Assembly (NCBI GenBank): GCA_903934015.1
Contig: CAIZMI010000034.1
Coordinates: 20,378-84,377 of the forward strand
From: an uncultured bacterium
Lineage (GTDB): Bacteria; Patescibacteriota; Andersenbacteria; UBA10190; CAIZMI01
Direction: 5' to 3'
DNA length: 64,000 nucleotides
In this document: piece after piece, positions 41,437 through 50,723 of the stretch
How positions within the stretch are numbered: the stretch's first letter is position 1
Layout: every line of letters starts with the position of its first letter
Notes under the pieces: generated by a model
Seen by the model: only the letters and a program-made list of their open reading frames with translations
What the model was told of the DNA's origin: nothing
Database searches by the model: none
Translations under genes and position numbers: made by a program

Positions 41437-41682
41437 TTAGTTTCCCAAATGTCTCTGCAATAAAAATTTTGTCGTTAACTTTAATTTTCTATCAATGCGT
41501 AAATCATCCACGATTACTGCCAAATTTTGCCAATCTTCTTCTGTGAAATAACGCCACAACAGACGGTTGATGAAACGACTGTAATATTGACGTTCTTCCG
41601 CCGTGTTCCGCCATGGCTGTTTGCACAACATTCCGTCTCAGTTGGTCAGTGCCTCAATATCCGAGGGCGAATAATTCATCAT
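41437..41682 (-). pseudogene. decayed copy of the 43719-43961 gene
   Basis: Near-identical peptide; TGG->TGA at 41638-41640. Confidence 0.88.
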
Positions 41683-41810
41683 AAATATAGTTTATCATTA
41701 ACGCCCGTGATATTGTTAATCTTGGCTATGCACAATTAATATTTGCATGAATTTGACAACATAGGTCTCGTCCGTAACAGCCAAATTCGCGTTAATTTTA
41801 CTGTTTTGAA

Positions 41811-41865
41811 TTATGCTTTTACAAAAAACCGCTTGCCTTTTGGGATTATTTGGCCAAATTTTTAC
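41811..41865 (-). repeat. displaced tyrS 3'-end copy 3
   Basis: Encodes GQIIPKGKRFFVKA-stop. Confidence 0.8.
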
Positions 41866-41886
41866 ACAAAAAAAGATCGGCTATCA

Positions 41887-42444
41887 CTAACCGATCTCAC
41901 AACCTCTTGATCTAAGAAAACGCATTAACGCCTCACTCGCATGAAAAAAGGTCCCGTTATTGGCGATCTCGATGTCCGCCAGTGAAACAACTTCGGCCAT
42001 TCCCGCTTCCGTCTTAAATCGGTCAATGAGACGCATTTCTGCAATCGCCACATCCAATGAACAACTCAAGCGTCGTTGCATATTAGATTGCCGACGATCA
42101 ACTGAAGCATGAATCAAAACAGTTAGGCAATTTGCACCAGGAAATGCTTCCACTATCCCCTGTTTCAACCAGGGATCGTAGCAACCATCAATCACAACAC
42201 TTACGCCTTTCTCCAGCATTTGCTGAAGAATAACGAGTGTTTTTTTGCGTGCACATTGCACTAAATGATTAGTACCGGCTTTTTTCCACCAGTCTCTAAC
42301 ATGCTTTTCCCCAGCAAACACCGCCAGTTCGTGCAACAACGCTCGTTCCTTGATTATCTGCCAACGAGGATCGGCTTCAACCAGCGCCTTCGCGATAGTT
42401 GATTTTCCCGTCCCGCTCGGTCCAGTGAGCAAAAGAATGAACAT
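41887..42444 (-). CDS. P-loop nucleotide-kinase-like protein
   Basis: LTGPSGTGKST, VVIDG, ADIEIANNG. Confidence 0.8.
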   Translation of the reverse strand: MFILLLTGPSGTGKSTIAKALVEADPRWQIIKERALLHELAVFAGEKHVRDWWKKAGTNHLVQCARKKTLVILQQMLEKGVSVVIDGCYDPWLKQGIVEAFPGANCLTVLIHASVDRRQSNMQRRLSCSLDVAIAEMRLIDRFKTEAGMAEVVSLADIEIANNGTFFHASEALMRFLRSRGCEIG

Positions 42445-42871
42445 TTCTCTTTTCCCTCCAAAAATCCGCGACTATTTGTTTTGTGCCGACAATGGTTTTT
42501 AATTTTTTCAGCTCCTTATTACTTACCCACTTGTAGACTTTGTGTTCATCGCTAAGTTGCAAAATTCCATCGCAACCAACCAAAAAAACAATACGCACAA
42601 TCAAGTAGCTGATGCCGTTTGTTTTAGTCAAAATCTGCGTTACTGTCAATGGCTCACTTTTAACGACCACCAACCCCGTCTCCTCTTTGACCTCCCTCTC
42701 CATTGCCTCTCGCGCCACCTCCCGCACCTCCAATTTGCCTTCGGGAAGTTGCCACAAACCCCTGAAAGATTTGTGATTTATACTGCGTTTCAACATCAAA
42801 ATACGACTGTTTTTATCGACAATAATCGCTGAAGCAACTAATTTAATTTGCGTTAAATCAGGTATGTTCAT
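42377..42871 (-). CDS. Nudix hydrolase
   Basis: WQLPEGKLE..AMEREVKEETG, LSDEH. Confidence 0.88.
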   Translation of the reverse strand: MNIPDLTQIKLVASAIIVDKNSRILMLKRSINHKSFRGLWQLPEGKLEVREVAREAMEREVKEETGLVVVKSEPLTVTQILTKTNGISYLIVRIVFLVGCDGILQLSDEHKVYKWVSNKELKKLKTIVGTKQIVADFWREKRNVHSFAHWTERDGKINYREGAG

Positions 42872-43697
42872 TTTGTAATTTTTGCGCATAAGTTCGCATA
42901 CGTGCGACAACCTCTCTCACCTTTAACCAATTTTCATCCAAGTTTTTTTCTGCCAAATCCAAATGCAAAAATAATTGGCGAAATGATTCTTTGTAAGGTG
43001 CCCCTTCTAACAAAGGAAATGAACTGTAACCAACCTCGCGGTCTTCTTCAACCTCGCGAATATCATCGATCAGTTGCATGGCAACGCCATACCCATTAGC
43101 AAAACCCAAGGCTTTTTCTCTGACATCTTCACGCTCGGCCAAAGCGCACCCAAATAAAGCACCAATGGAATTAAACACACAAATATGTTCTATCCCCGGG
43201 CGATAATCACTAAAGTTTGTCGCTTTGTTTTCCCAAAGCAATGAAATATTCTTCCGCTGATAATAATGGTTCAAATTAATCTGCTGTAACAATATATCCA
43301 ACGCCTTCTTCTTATCCATTTCAATCAACATCCTTGTGCCTTCAATCGCCATAATATTCCCCGCAAAAACCAGGCACGACACTAAATCCCTTTCTTTGGG
43401 CATTTCGTCAACAATGTCATCGTGTGTCGAAATCGGTAGCATTGTCATCCCCAGCGCGATCAATGCCTTATCATCAACAGATTTTCCGGTTAAATCAAAA
43501 TGAAAAGCTTCACAAATGACCATCGGCGCCAAAGCGATTACTTTTTTCGGAAGAACAATAAACAATTTTTCTAAACCGGCATCAGGATATGATTTTACAA
43601 CTTCCGCAACTACCGGAATTAGCAACTCACGATAGCGCGTAACGTCGCCGTACAAATCTCCAACCAAACTTGATGTACCACCAACTTTTGATGACAT
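42858..43697 (-). CDS. class I isoprenoid synthase-fold protein
   Basis: HDDIVD and QLIDDIREVEED Asp-rich motifs. Confidence 0.75.
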   Translation of the reverse strand: MSSKVGGTSSLVGDLYGDVTRYRELLIPVVAEVVKSYPDAGLEKLFIVLPKKVIALAPMVICEAFHFDLTGKSVDDKALIALGMTMLPISTHDDIVDEMPKERDLVSCLVFAGNIMAIEGTRMLIEMDKKKALDILLQQINLNHYYQRKNISLLWENKATNFSDYRPGIEHICVFNSIGALFGCALAEREDVREKALGFANGYGVAMQLIDDIREVEEDREVGYSSFPLLEGAPYKESFRQLFLHLDLAEKNLDENWLKVREVVARMRTYAQKLQNEHT

Positions 43698-43718
43698 ATA
43701 ATTCCTTAATTATAACCC

Positions 43719-43961
43719 TTATTTCAAATGTCTTCGCAATAAAAATTTTGTGGTGAGTTTTAGTTTTCTGTCTATGCGCAAATCATCAACGATTTTTGCC
43801 AAATTTTGCCAATCTTCTTCTGTCAAATAACGCCACAACAGACGGTTGATGAAGCGACTGTAATATTGACGTTCTTCCGCTGTATTCCGCCATGGCTGTT
43901 TGCACAACATTCCGTCCCAGTTGGTTAACGCCTCAAGATCCGAAGATGAATAGTTCATCAT
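43719..43961 (-). CDS. small hypothetical protein, putative partner of the AbiEii gene
   Basis: ATGA overlap with the upstream gene; duplicated at 41437-41682. Confidence 0.75.
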   Translation of the reverse strand: MMNYSSSDLEALTNWDGMLCKQPWRNTAEERQYYSRFINRLLWRYLTEEDWQNLAKIVDDLRIDRKLKLTTKFLLRRHLK

Positions 43962-44629
43962 AAGGTCGTACTGTTAATTAATTTATCTATTTGTGCTGTA
44001 ACTAATTCAATATTTGTTATGCCGTCACGTAAAAACATCTCCGGCCTTAATTGAAACTGCTCCCTTTTCGCAACAAGCTCGCTTAATAATTTTTCTTCAC
44101 CAATCGTTCCCAAACGAAATTTCTTTTCTGCGATTTCAGCAAGATTACGAAGAGACCAATTTTGTTTTTTTGTAAGAAAGGCAATATCGATATAATCCTT
44201 AATTTCATCTCGCGAACAAAGCGCCGACGCTTTGCCGGCGGCCGCATCTTCCAAACTCGCCGTTGCCAATGTTCCAAACACTACAAAGCTCCCAATTTGG
44301 GAAATATTATCGTGTACCGCGTCAATCACCATTCCACTGGCCTTATCCATCCAACCGCGATCAGTATCGACAATTTGATCAACACCAAAAAGCTCTTGCG
44401 CCAAACGGTGCAACCGGATCATCCGTTGGTTAAATACAAGCGCATCAACTTCCGGATAAGTAAAAAAATCAAGATCATTTGATTGTCGCGGAACAATACC
44501 CAACGCTTTTAATAATGTGCCACCGGTCAAATAAAAAGTACGCGCCAGTTCAACATCGTCAGCCACGTTTTTAATCACCTCCAATTGCGGTTCAGTTAAA
44601 TCTTGCAACTCATCAATTGTTCTAATCAT
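43958..44629 (-). CDS. AbiEii/AbiGii-family nucleotidyltransferase
   Basis: FYLTGGT, R.S.DLDFF, K..A...R...KDYIDI. Confidence 0.85.
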   Translation of the reverse strand: MIRTIDELQDLTEPQLEVIKNVADDVELARTFYLTGGTLLKALGIVPRQSNDLDFFTYPEVDALVFNQRMIRLHRLAQELFGVDQIVDTDRGWMDKASGMVIDAVHDNISQIGSFVVFGTLATASLEDAAAGKASALCSRDEIKDYIDIAFLTKKQNWSLRNLAEIAEKKFRLGTIGEEKLLSELVAKREQFQLRPEMFLRDGITNIELVTAQIDKLINSTTL

Positions 44630-44692
44630 ATTTTAAGTTTAACCTATCGCCATACGTAAGTACAGAATAAACGCGCCTGCAAAAAAAGATAC

Positions 44693-45889
44693 TTATCCCA
44701 CCCGCACGAAAAATCGTTTGCCCTTTTGGATTTTATTACCTGTTTTAACTTTTTGTTCAATTGATTTTACAACTTCTTCGTCGATTTTAACCGCGCCCTG
44801 TTCAACCAATTGACGCGCTTTTGTTTTGCTCGTGGCGATTTTACTTTCTACTAACGCATCGACAATCGTCATGCCGGCAACTTTAGCTGTTGGCATTTCA
44901 TCTGGCGTTGTTTTCTTCTGAAAAACATTCACAAAGTAGTCTTGCGCTTCTTTAGCCGCCGCTTCCCCTGCATACATTTTTACCAACTCGGAAGCCAGGG
45001 CCATCTTGATATCGCGTGGATTCGTTTTACCGGCTTTTAATTCCTTGGCATATGTTTCCACCTGTTCCATCGGTAAACGTGTGCAATGCTCAAAATACGT
45101 GACAATTAGGCCATCTGGAACACTCATCACCTTCCCAAACATGTCGTTCGGCGCATCAGTGAGATTGATCGTGTTGCCCCAACTGGAGCTCATCTTGCGA
45201 CCGTCCGTACCCAATACCAAATTTGTCATCACGATGTCTTGCGATTCTTGTCCGTAGTGTTTTTGAATTTCTCTACCGGCCAACAAATTGAAACGTTGAT
45301 CCGTACCACCTAGTTCGACATCGGATTTCACCGCCACGCTGTCATAACCTTGCATCAAGGGATATAAAAGTTCGCGCAACGAAACACGACTTCCCTCTTT
45401 CAGGCGTTTGCTGATATTTTCACGCGCAATAAATTCGGCCAAGGAAAAATAATTAGCAAGCCGACCAATTTCCGCAAAACCCAATTTCTTAAGCCAAGAG
45501 GAATTATATTGCACTTCCGCTTTTTCAAGATCCAAAATTTTCCCGGCCTGTTCAACGTAGGTTTTCATGTTCTTGGCGATTTCTTGCTCCTCCAACATTT
45601 TCCGTTCGCTTTCCTTGTCGGAAGTATCACCAATTACGCCCGTAAAATCACCGACAATGAAAACTACTTGGTGTCCAAGCTTTTGGAAATCGCGCAATTT
45701 GAGCAGTGTTACTGAACGACCAATGTGAAGATTAGGGCTAGTCGGATCAATCCCCAATTTAACCCGCAGTTGTTTTCCCGATAACAACTGTTCTTCCAGA
45801 TGTTTTTTATCGATAACCTCATTAACACCGCGTGTTAACAATTCACTAATGGCTTCTTTGTCGGTACTTAATTCCATAACATTCAGCAT
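44693..45889 (-). CDS. tyrS: tyrosyl-tRNA synthetase
   Basis: GIDPTSPNLHIGR, YPLMQGYD, GGTDQ, KMSSS, C-terminal S4 domain. Confidence 0.96.
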   Translation of the reverse strand: MLNVMELSTDKEAISELLTRGVNEVIDKKHLEEQLLSGKQLRVKLGIDPTSPNLHIGRSVTLLKLRDFQKLGHQVVFIVGDFTGVIGDTSDKESERKMLEEQEIAKNMKTYVEQAGKILDLEKAEVQYNSSWLKKLGFAEIGRLANYFSLAEFIARENISKRLKEGSRVSLRELLYPLMQGYDSVAVKSDVELGGTDQRFNLLAGREIQKHYGQESQDIVMTNLVLGTDGRKMSSSWGNTINLTDAPNDMFGKVMSVPDGLIVTYFEHCTRLPMEQVETYAKELKAGKTNPRDIKMALASELVKMYAGEAAAKEAQDYFVNVFQKKTTPDEMPTAKVAGMTIVDALVESKIATSKTKARQLVEQGAVKIDEEVVKSIEQKVKTGNKIQKGKRFFVRVG

Positions 45890-45919
45890 AGCGGATTCCC
45901 GCTTAAGCAGGAATACCCG

Positions 45920-46249
45920 TTATAAAGGATTCCTTCCTGCTTGCAACAGAACCCTTTGTTCCTCAATTATTTTTCGGAAAGATTCATCAACTCGATTCAA
46001 ATCAACCAAATCGACTTTAATTGGTAAATTCGATTCGGAAAAAACATCTGCCATTAATCCCAATACTTTCGAATCAATCGGTTTCTCACAGTCAATAGCC
46101 AAATCAAGATCAGAAGCTGGTTTTGCCTTTCCACTTATTCGTGAACCAAAAACCCAAACAGCGCAACTTGAAACATGAGTGCGTAAAATGTTATTCACAA
46201 TCTCCAATTGTTCCGAACTTAAATCAATTTTTTTAGTTGCTTCGTTCAA
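45920..46249 (-). CDS. minimal nucleotidyltransferase (MNT, HI0073-like)
   Basis: VWVFGSR..G.AK..SDLDL, KVDLVD. Confidence 0.88.
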   Translation of the reverse strand: MNEATKKIDLSSEQLEIVNNILRTHVSSCAVWVFGSRISGKAKPASDLDLAIDCEKPIDSKVLGLMADVFSESNLPIKVDLVDLNRVDESFRKIIEEQRVLLQAGRNPL

Positions 46250-46628
46250 GGTTTTCCAGTAAATATTTCGCTTCCGTTAAAAATGGTTCCGCAAAAGAAT
46301 AAACGTGCGTCGCCACCTTCACATCATATGTATGTGATGTTTGATTTCGCGCTTTTCGATATTCAAACCATTGTTCGACATTTTTAACATATCCCCGTTC
46401 AAACGCAGTTCGTAAAATGTCGTTATATATCATTTGATCAACATTGTCGTTGTGCTTCATTTCCAAAACCCTTTTAATAAATTTTACCGCCAGTTCATGG
46501 GAATATTCAAAACGCTGAATCACGCCATCGCGGGATAATTCGTTTTCCGGTTCTTTTTTCGCGCGCAAAAGCCCTTCTTCAAGCTGTTTCAGAGCATTTT
46601 TAAGTGGAGTGAGATCCAGTACGTTCAT
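46233..46628 (-). CDS. HEPN / nucleotidyltransferase substrate-binding protein (HI0074-like)
   Basis: RDGVIQRFEY, RNQTSHTY (R-x4-H). Confidence 0.9.
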   Translation of the reverse strand: MNVLDLTPLKNALKQLEEGLLRAKKEPENELSRDGVIQRFEYSHELAVKFIKRVLEMKHNDNVDQMIYNDILRTAFERGYVKNVEQWFEYRKARNQTSHTYDVKVATHVYSFAEPFLTEAKYLLENLERSN

Positions 46629-46686
46629 AAAGTCAGTGTACAACCAATTGCGCCAATGTTCCAAATTCCATATCCTGAAGAGTACT

Positions 46687-47724
46687 ATGACATTTGCCGA
46701 ATATTGCCAACAAAATAACGACGCTATACTCAAAACAATCGTGAATTATCTTCCTGAACGCGAACCGCTTGGCCATTACCAAGTTGCGCGGGAATACACG
46801 TTGCGCAAAGGGAAATATGCGCGACCAAATCTGGCACTGCTTTGGACGGAACTTTTTGGCGAATCAAAAGAAATTGTATTCCCCTTTGCTTGTGGTATCC
46901 AAATGGCAGAAGACTGGTTTTTGATGCAAGACGATTGGATGGATCAAAACGAAATGCGACGCGGAAAACCAACCGCCCATTTACTTTATGGCGCGTCCGC
47001 CACGATCAATGCCAGCAATTCGGTTCAAGCGTCGATGTGGAAGATGGTGCATGAGGGGACGTTACAAACCCACCCCCGCCCTCCCTTATCCGGGAGGGAA
47101 ACGACGACGCGACTTTTTGATAAATTCTACGACATTATTAACGTGACTATTGAGGGACAGTATCTAGATTTGAAATTAACTGAACGAAAAATTACCGATT
47201 TTACCCTCGAAGATTACTGGCAATCAATCCACGCCAAGGCGGCCTACTATTCCGTTTATGGGCCAATGCAACTCGGCGCAATCTCGGCGGGACAACCGGA
47301 AAATGTGGTAGAAAAAATCGCGGACTACGGAGAAAAAATCGGTCGTGCTTTTCAACTAAAGGATGATATTCTCGATTGTACTTCAAACGAAGAAACGCTT
47401 GGAAAAACAATTGGAAATGATGTTTTAGAAGGCACAAAGACGGCCATTCTTTGGCATTGTATTCAAAAAGCTAGCTCACAGGATTTAGAAAAACTACAAG
47501 CAATCTATGCGAAAAAACGAACAGAGAAAACTGCTGATGAAATTGGTTATGTCTTGGATTTGTTTAATACCACTGGCAGTATCACTTATGCCGAGCACTT
47601 AACCGATTCCCTGGCAAAAGAAGCGATGTTGGAATTTGAAAAACAAACGACAAGCCTCCCCGAAACGGAGTTAAAAGACACTGCTCGCGATGCGATACTT
47701 AAAATGACTCAACGAGAAAAATAA
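46687..47724 (+). CDS. polyprenyl diphosphate synthase
   Basis: GKYARP, QDDWMD...RRGKP, GQYLD, FQLKDDILD, GKTIGND. Confidence 0.9.
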   Translation: MTFAEYCQQNNDAILKTIVNYLPEREPLGHYQVAREYTLRKGKYARPNLALLWTELFGESKEIVFPFACGIQMAEDWFLMQDDWMDQNEMRRGKPTAHLLYGASATINASNSVQASMWKMVHEGTLQTHPRPPLSGRETTTRLFDKFYDIINVTIEGQYLDLKLTERKITDFTLEDYWQSIHAKAAYYSVYGPMQLGAISAGQPENVVEKIADYGEKIGRAFQLKDDILDCTSNEETLGKTIGNDVLEGTKTAILWHCIQKASSQDLEKLQAIYAKKRTEKTADEIGYVLDLFNTTGSITYAEHLTDSLAKEAMLEFEKQTTSLPETELKDTARDAILKMTQREK

Positions 47725-47727
47725 AAA

Positions 47728-48519
47728 CTACAAACTATCCGCGATTTTGCGAATAATGTCTTTGTTTTGATCTAAGAGGATACTGGTCTGCAAACTTGAC
47801 GCCTGACTCTGTTTTTTCTTGGCGATAAAAATATTCGCTTCCAAAAGTGAATCAAAAGTACCCGCATCGATCCAACGACCCTTAATGATGCCGGCCTTCA
47901 ATTTACCTTCTTTGAGATAAATGTTATTCAAATCTGTAATTTCCAATTCGCCCCGCGGAGAAGGTTTTATAGTTCTTATTTTATCGTAGACAGTCGTGTC
48001 ATAGATATAAAAACCGGGTTGTCCATAGTTACTTTTTGGGTTTTGTGGCTTTTCTTCAATCGAAATCACATTCATATCTTGATCAAATTCCACCACCCCG
48101 AAACGATGCGGATCCGGCACTTCCTTGGCAAAAATTTTCGCACCCGTTCCGCTAAAATTACGAATTTCTTCCGACAGATCATCCTCAAAAATATTATCCC
48201 CAAGAATAAAAGCAATCGGCTCATTGTCGGCAAAAGTTTCCGTTAATGAAAGCCCCTGTGCCAACCCCGCCGGTTCATCCTGAATTTCATATGTAAAGCG
48301 CGCGCCAAATTCCTTACCGGAACCAAGGTAGGCCAAAAAGTCACCGGCATGATCGGGTGCCACAACAAAACAAACTTCTTTAATCCCGGCTTTCAAGAGG
48401 ATTTCCAAAGGATAGAAAATCAACGGCCTGTCATAGACATGCAAAAGCTGTTTGCTTGTTACTTTTGTGAGGGGTGCGAGACGCGTTCCCTTTCCTCCGG
48501 CTAAAATTACACCTTTCAT
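47728..48519 (-). CDS. rmlA: glucose-1-phosphate thymidylyltransferase-like sugar nucleotidyltransferase
   Basis: LAGGKGTRL, SKQLL, LGDNIF, EEKP, RGELEITD, WIDAGT. Confidence 0.85.
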   Translation of the reverse strand: MKGVILAGGKGTRLAPLTKVTSKQLLHVYDRPLIFYPLEILLKAGIKEVCFVVAPDHAGDFLAYLGSGKEFGARFTYEIQDEPAGLAQGLSLTETFADNEPIAFILGDNIFEDDLSEEIRNFSGTGAKIFAKEVPDPHRFGVVEFDQDMNVISIEEKPQNPKSNYGQPGFYIYDTTVYDKIRTIKPSPRGELEITDLNNIYLKEGKLKAGIIKGRWIDAGTFDSLLEANIFIAKKKQSQASSLQTSILLDQNKDIIRKIADSL

Positions 48520-48532
48520 AGAAATAGATTAA

Positions 48533-49615
48533 TTAAACAGTCTCTGTTTGAGAAACATACTGCAAACTCTCTTGACGCACCAGTTCCTCGGTAAATTTGG
48601 CAATTAAATGGCGATTTTCCGGATCAGCAATTTGCGCCAACAATTCTTCATAGGTGGCAACACACGTACCCGCTTTGCGCACCCCAATACCACCGACAAT
48701 ATTGGCGATAAACGCGGCTTCAACCAACGACGCACCGGAAGTTAGGGCCAAAACACTTGCCGCGAGAATCGTATCACCGGCACCAGTCAAATCGAACGCC
48801 TCTGCCTTTTGAGTAGGAATAACTGCCGTCACATTGGTTGCTCTTTCGTGGATCACCGAGCCATCCGGACCAAGAGTAACAATCACATCACATTGATATT
48901 TATCACTCAAGATTTGAGCGACTTCTTCAGGTTTTGTTTTCACAGCATCAACTTTTGCCAGCGCACAAGCTTCCCACCAATTTGGTTTAAGAAGCGAAAA
49001 CATACCCGGACGATAATTTTTTTCATTACTCGGTTTTGGATCTAAAGCAATAATCATTTGCGGAAATTGCGCACGGATTTCCAAGAGAAAATTCATCAAT
49101 TCTCCACGAACAACACCCTTGTCATAATCCTGGATAAAAATGGCATTGGTTTTTGGCAAAAGGCTGTGAATATGATTTTTACACTCTTCAAAAATTCCGG
49201 TACCAATCGAATCCTTTGATTCGTTGCTGATCCGTAACAAGTGAAATTGATTATTACAATAACGCAATTTTGTCGTGGTGGGACGAGAAGAATCTTCAAT
49301 GCCAATCAAGTTGACGTTTTGTTTTACCGCCATCAATTTTCTTAATGAGTCAGCTTCCGGATCACGCCCGACAACACCGATAAGATGCACAAAACCACCC
49401 AGTAATCCGACATTCCAAGCCGCGTTTGCCGCACCACCGGGAACCTCTGTAAGACTGGGATTATGGAGATCAATCACCGGCGCTTCGGGAGAAAGCACAA
49501 CCGCTTTGCCTCGACGATATTGATCCAACATTAAATCACCTACTCCTACAATGGTTTTTTGCGGAAAGGAATTAACAATGCCCTCCAGGCGTTGTATTAC
49601 ACGTTCTACGAACAT
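48533..49615 (-). CDS. heptose-7-phosphate kinase-like PfkB protein (HldE/RfaE domain I)
   Basis: GDLMLD, SPEAPV, GGAANAA, DYDKG, DLTGAGDT. Confidence 0.85.
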   Translation of the reverse strand: MFVERVIQRLEGIVNSFPQKTIVGVGDLMLDQYRRGKAVVLSPEAPVIDLHNPSLTEVPGGAANAAWNVGLLGGFVHLIGVVGRDPEADSLRKLMAVKQNVNLIGIEDSSRPTTTKLRYCNNQFHLLRISNESKDSIGTGIFEECKNHIHSLLPKTNAIFIQDYDKGVVRGELMNFLLEIRAQFPQMIIALDPKPSNEKNYRPGMFSLLKPNWWEACALAKVDAVKTKPEEVAQILSDKYQCDVIVTLGPDGSVIHERATNVTAVIPTQKAEAFDLTGAGDTILAASVLALTSGASLVEAAFIANIVGGIGVRKAGTCVATYEELLAQIADPENRHLIAKFTEELVRQESLQYVSQTETV

Positions 49616-49877
49616 AAATATTGTGTTTGGAGAGTAAACTAGTGCGACTATAATGTCAATAGCAAATCACTTGACAGTGTCACAACGAGGTGGTACTTTG
49701 CGCGGTTGGCTTTGGACCCCAACGAGACCAGCGTTTTAGCCACTTTTTGTGCTTAAAACGGTGCTCTTTCACCCCGGCGACGACCCGAAAACTCGTCGCC
49801 CATTTTTTCCAGGCATCTGACCGACGTGGTCGGATGGGCTGGACGAAAATGCACTTTTGCAAGGAGAAGAAAAAGCG

Positions 49878-50723
49878 ATGATTACCGAAGTTGCCAAAAA
49901 CTGGGACGAGCTCACCAAACCCCAAAATCTCCCGCGCCTCCGGGCTATTCTGAAGCCGTCGGTACTCGAGGCAATGAACAAAGCCGACATGGAAATCCTC
50001 CTCTCACTGTTACCCAAGTACGGGCCATTGCGAGGACGAACTCCCGGCGCCTTGCGTGTTATGAGCATCGGCTACCACGCGCACATCGTCGGAACGGCGA
50101 TCGGATCGCCGTACGAAGTGGACTACGTCACCAGATTGCACAGTTGCTCGGCAACGAGCAGCATCATCCTGCGCATTCCGGAGAAATGTGGTTTTCGTGG
50201 TTTCGGTGACGTCCCCATGGGCAAAAACCTCCATTTTTTGAAAGCATTATCACTGGCGGAAGAAAAGAAACTGTTCTCCGTTGGCGAACTGGAGCTCCTC
50301 TTGCAGAAAATTTTCCGCCCGGGAACGCCCAACTCCTGGCAATGGGGTACCCCAGGTGGAGTCCACGAACCGAAGGGACCCGACGCGGTCGAGCAAGGAG
50401 TGGTCGAACTAACGGAAGAGGCAGAGGGCTTGACACTGATTGCCTCTGACGTCCTCCTCCATAACCAAATTTTCCAGTCCGGCAACATCCCGGAGTGGCA
50501 CACCATCGTGGTGATGTTGTGCAGCGGTTCCCCTGTTGTAACCGACGGCGCCCGTTCCGAGGGTATTGTGGAATACAAATCAGTACGCCTTGCACAAGCC
50601 ATCTCGGAAATCACAAACTTCGAAAGAGAAGGCGACATCAACAGCCCCAACTACATTCCGTTTGACGGGAAAATCCTCCAAGGTCTGATGATGATTGATC
50701 GCTGGACTCGGGTCATGATCTAG
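49878..50723 (+). CDS. orphan protein with degenerate Nudix box
   Basis: AAGGAG SD; WGTPGG.....ELTEEAEG; promoter and terminator present. Confidence 0.65.
   Translation: MITEVAKNWDELTKPQNLPRLRAILKPSVLEAMNKADMEILLSLLPKYGPLRGRTPGALRVMSIGYHAHIVGTAIGSPYEVDYVTRLHSCSATSSIILRIPEKCGFRGFGDVPMGKNLHFLKALSLAEEKKLFSVGELELLLQKIFRPGTPNSWQWGTPGGVHEPKGPDAVEQGVVELTEEAEGLTLIASDVLLHNQIFQSGNIPEWHTIVVMLCSGSPVVTDGARSEGIVEYKSVRLAQAISEITNFEREGDINSPNYIPFDGKILQGLMMIDRWTRVMI

Noticed and set aside
41638-41640. In-frame TGA as evidence of genetic code 25 or 4
   Set aside because: TGA ends many intact genes here and the intact paralog has TGG, so it is a nonsense mutation.
45893-45916. ATTCCC-N8-GGAAT palindrome upstream of tyrS (dRS3-like)
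   Set aside because: Single imperfect copy; cannot be told from a generic hairpin.
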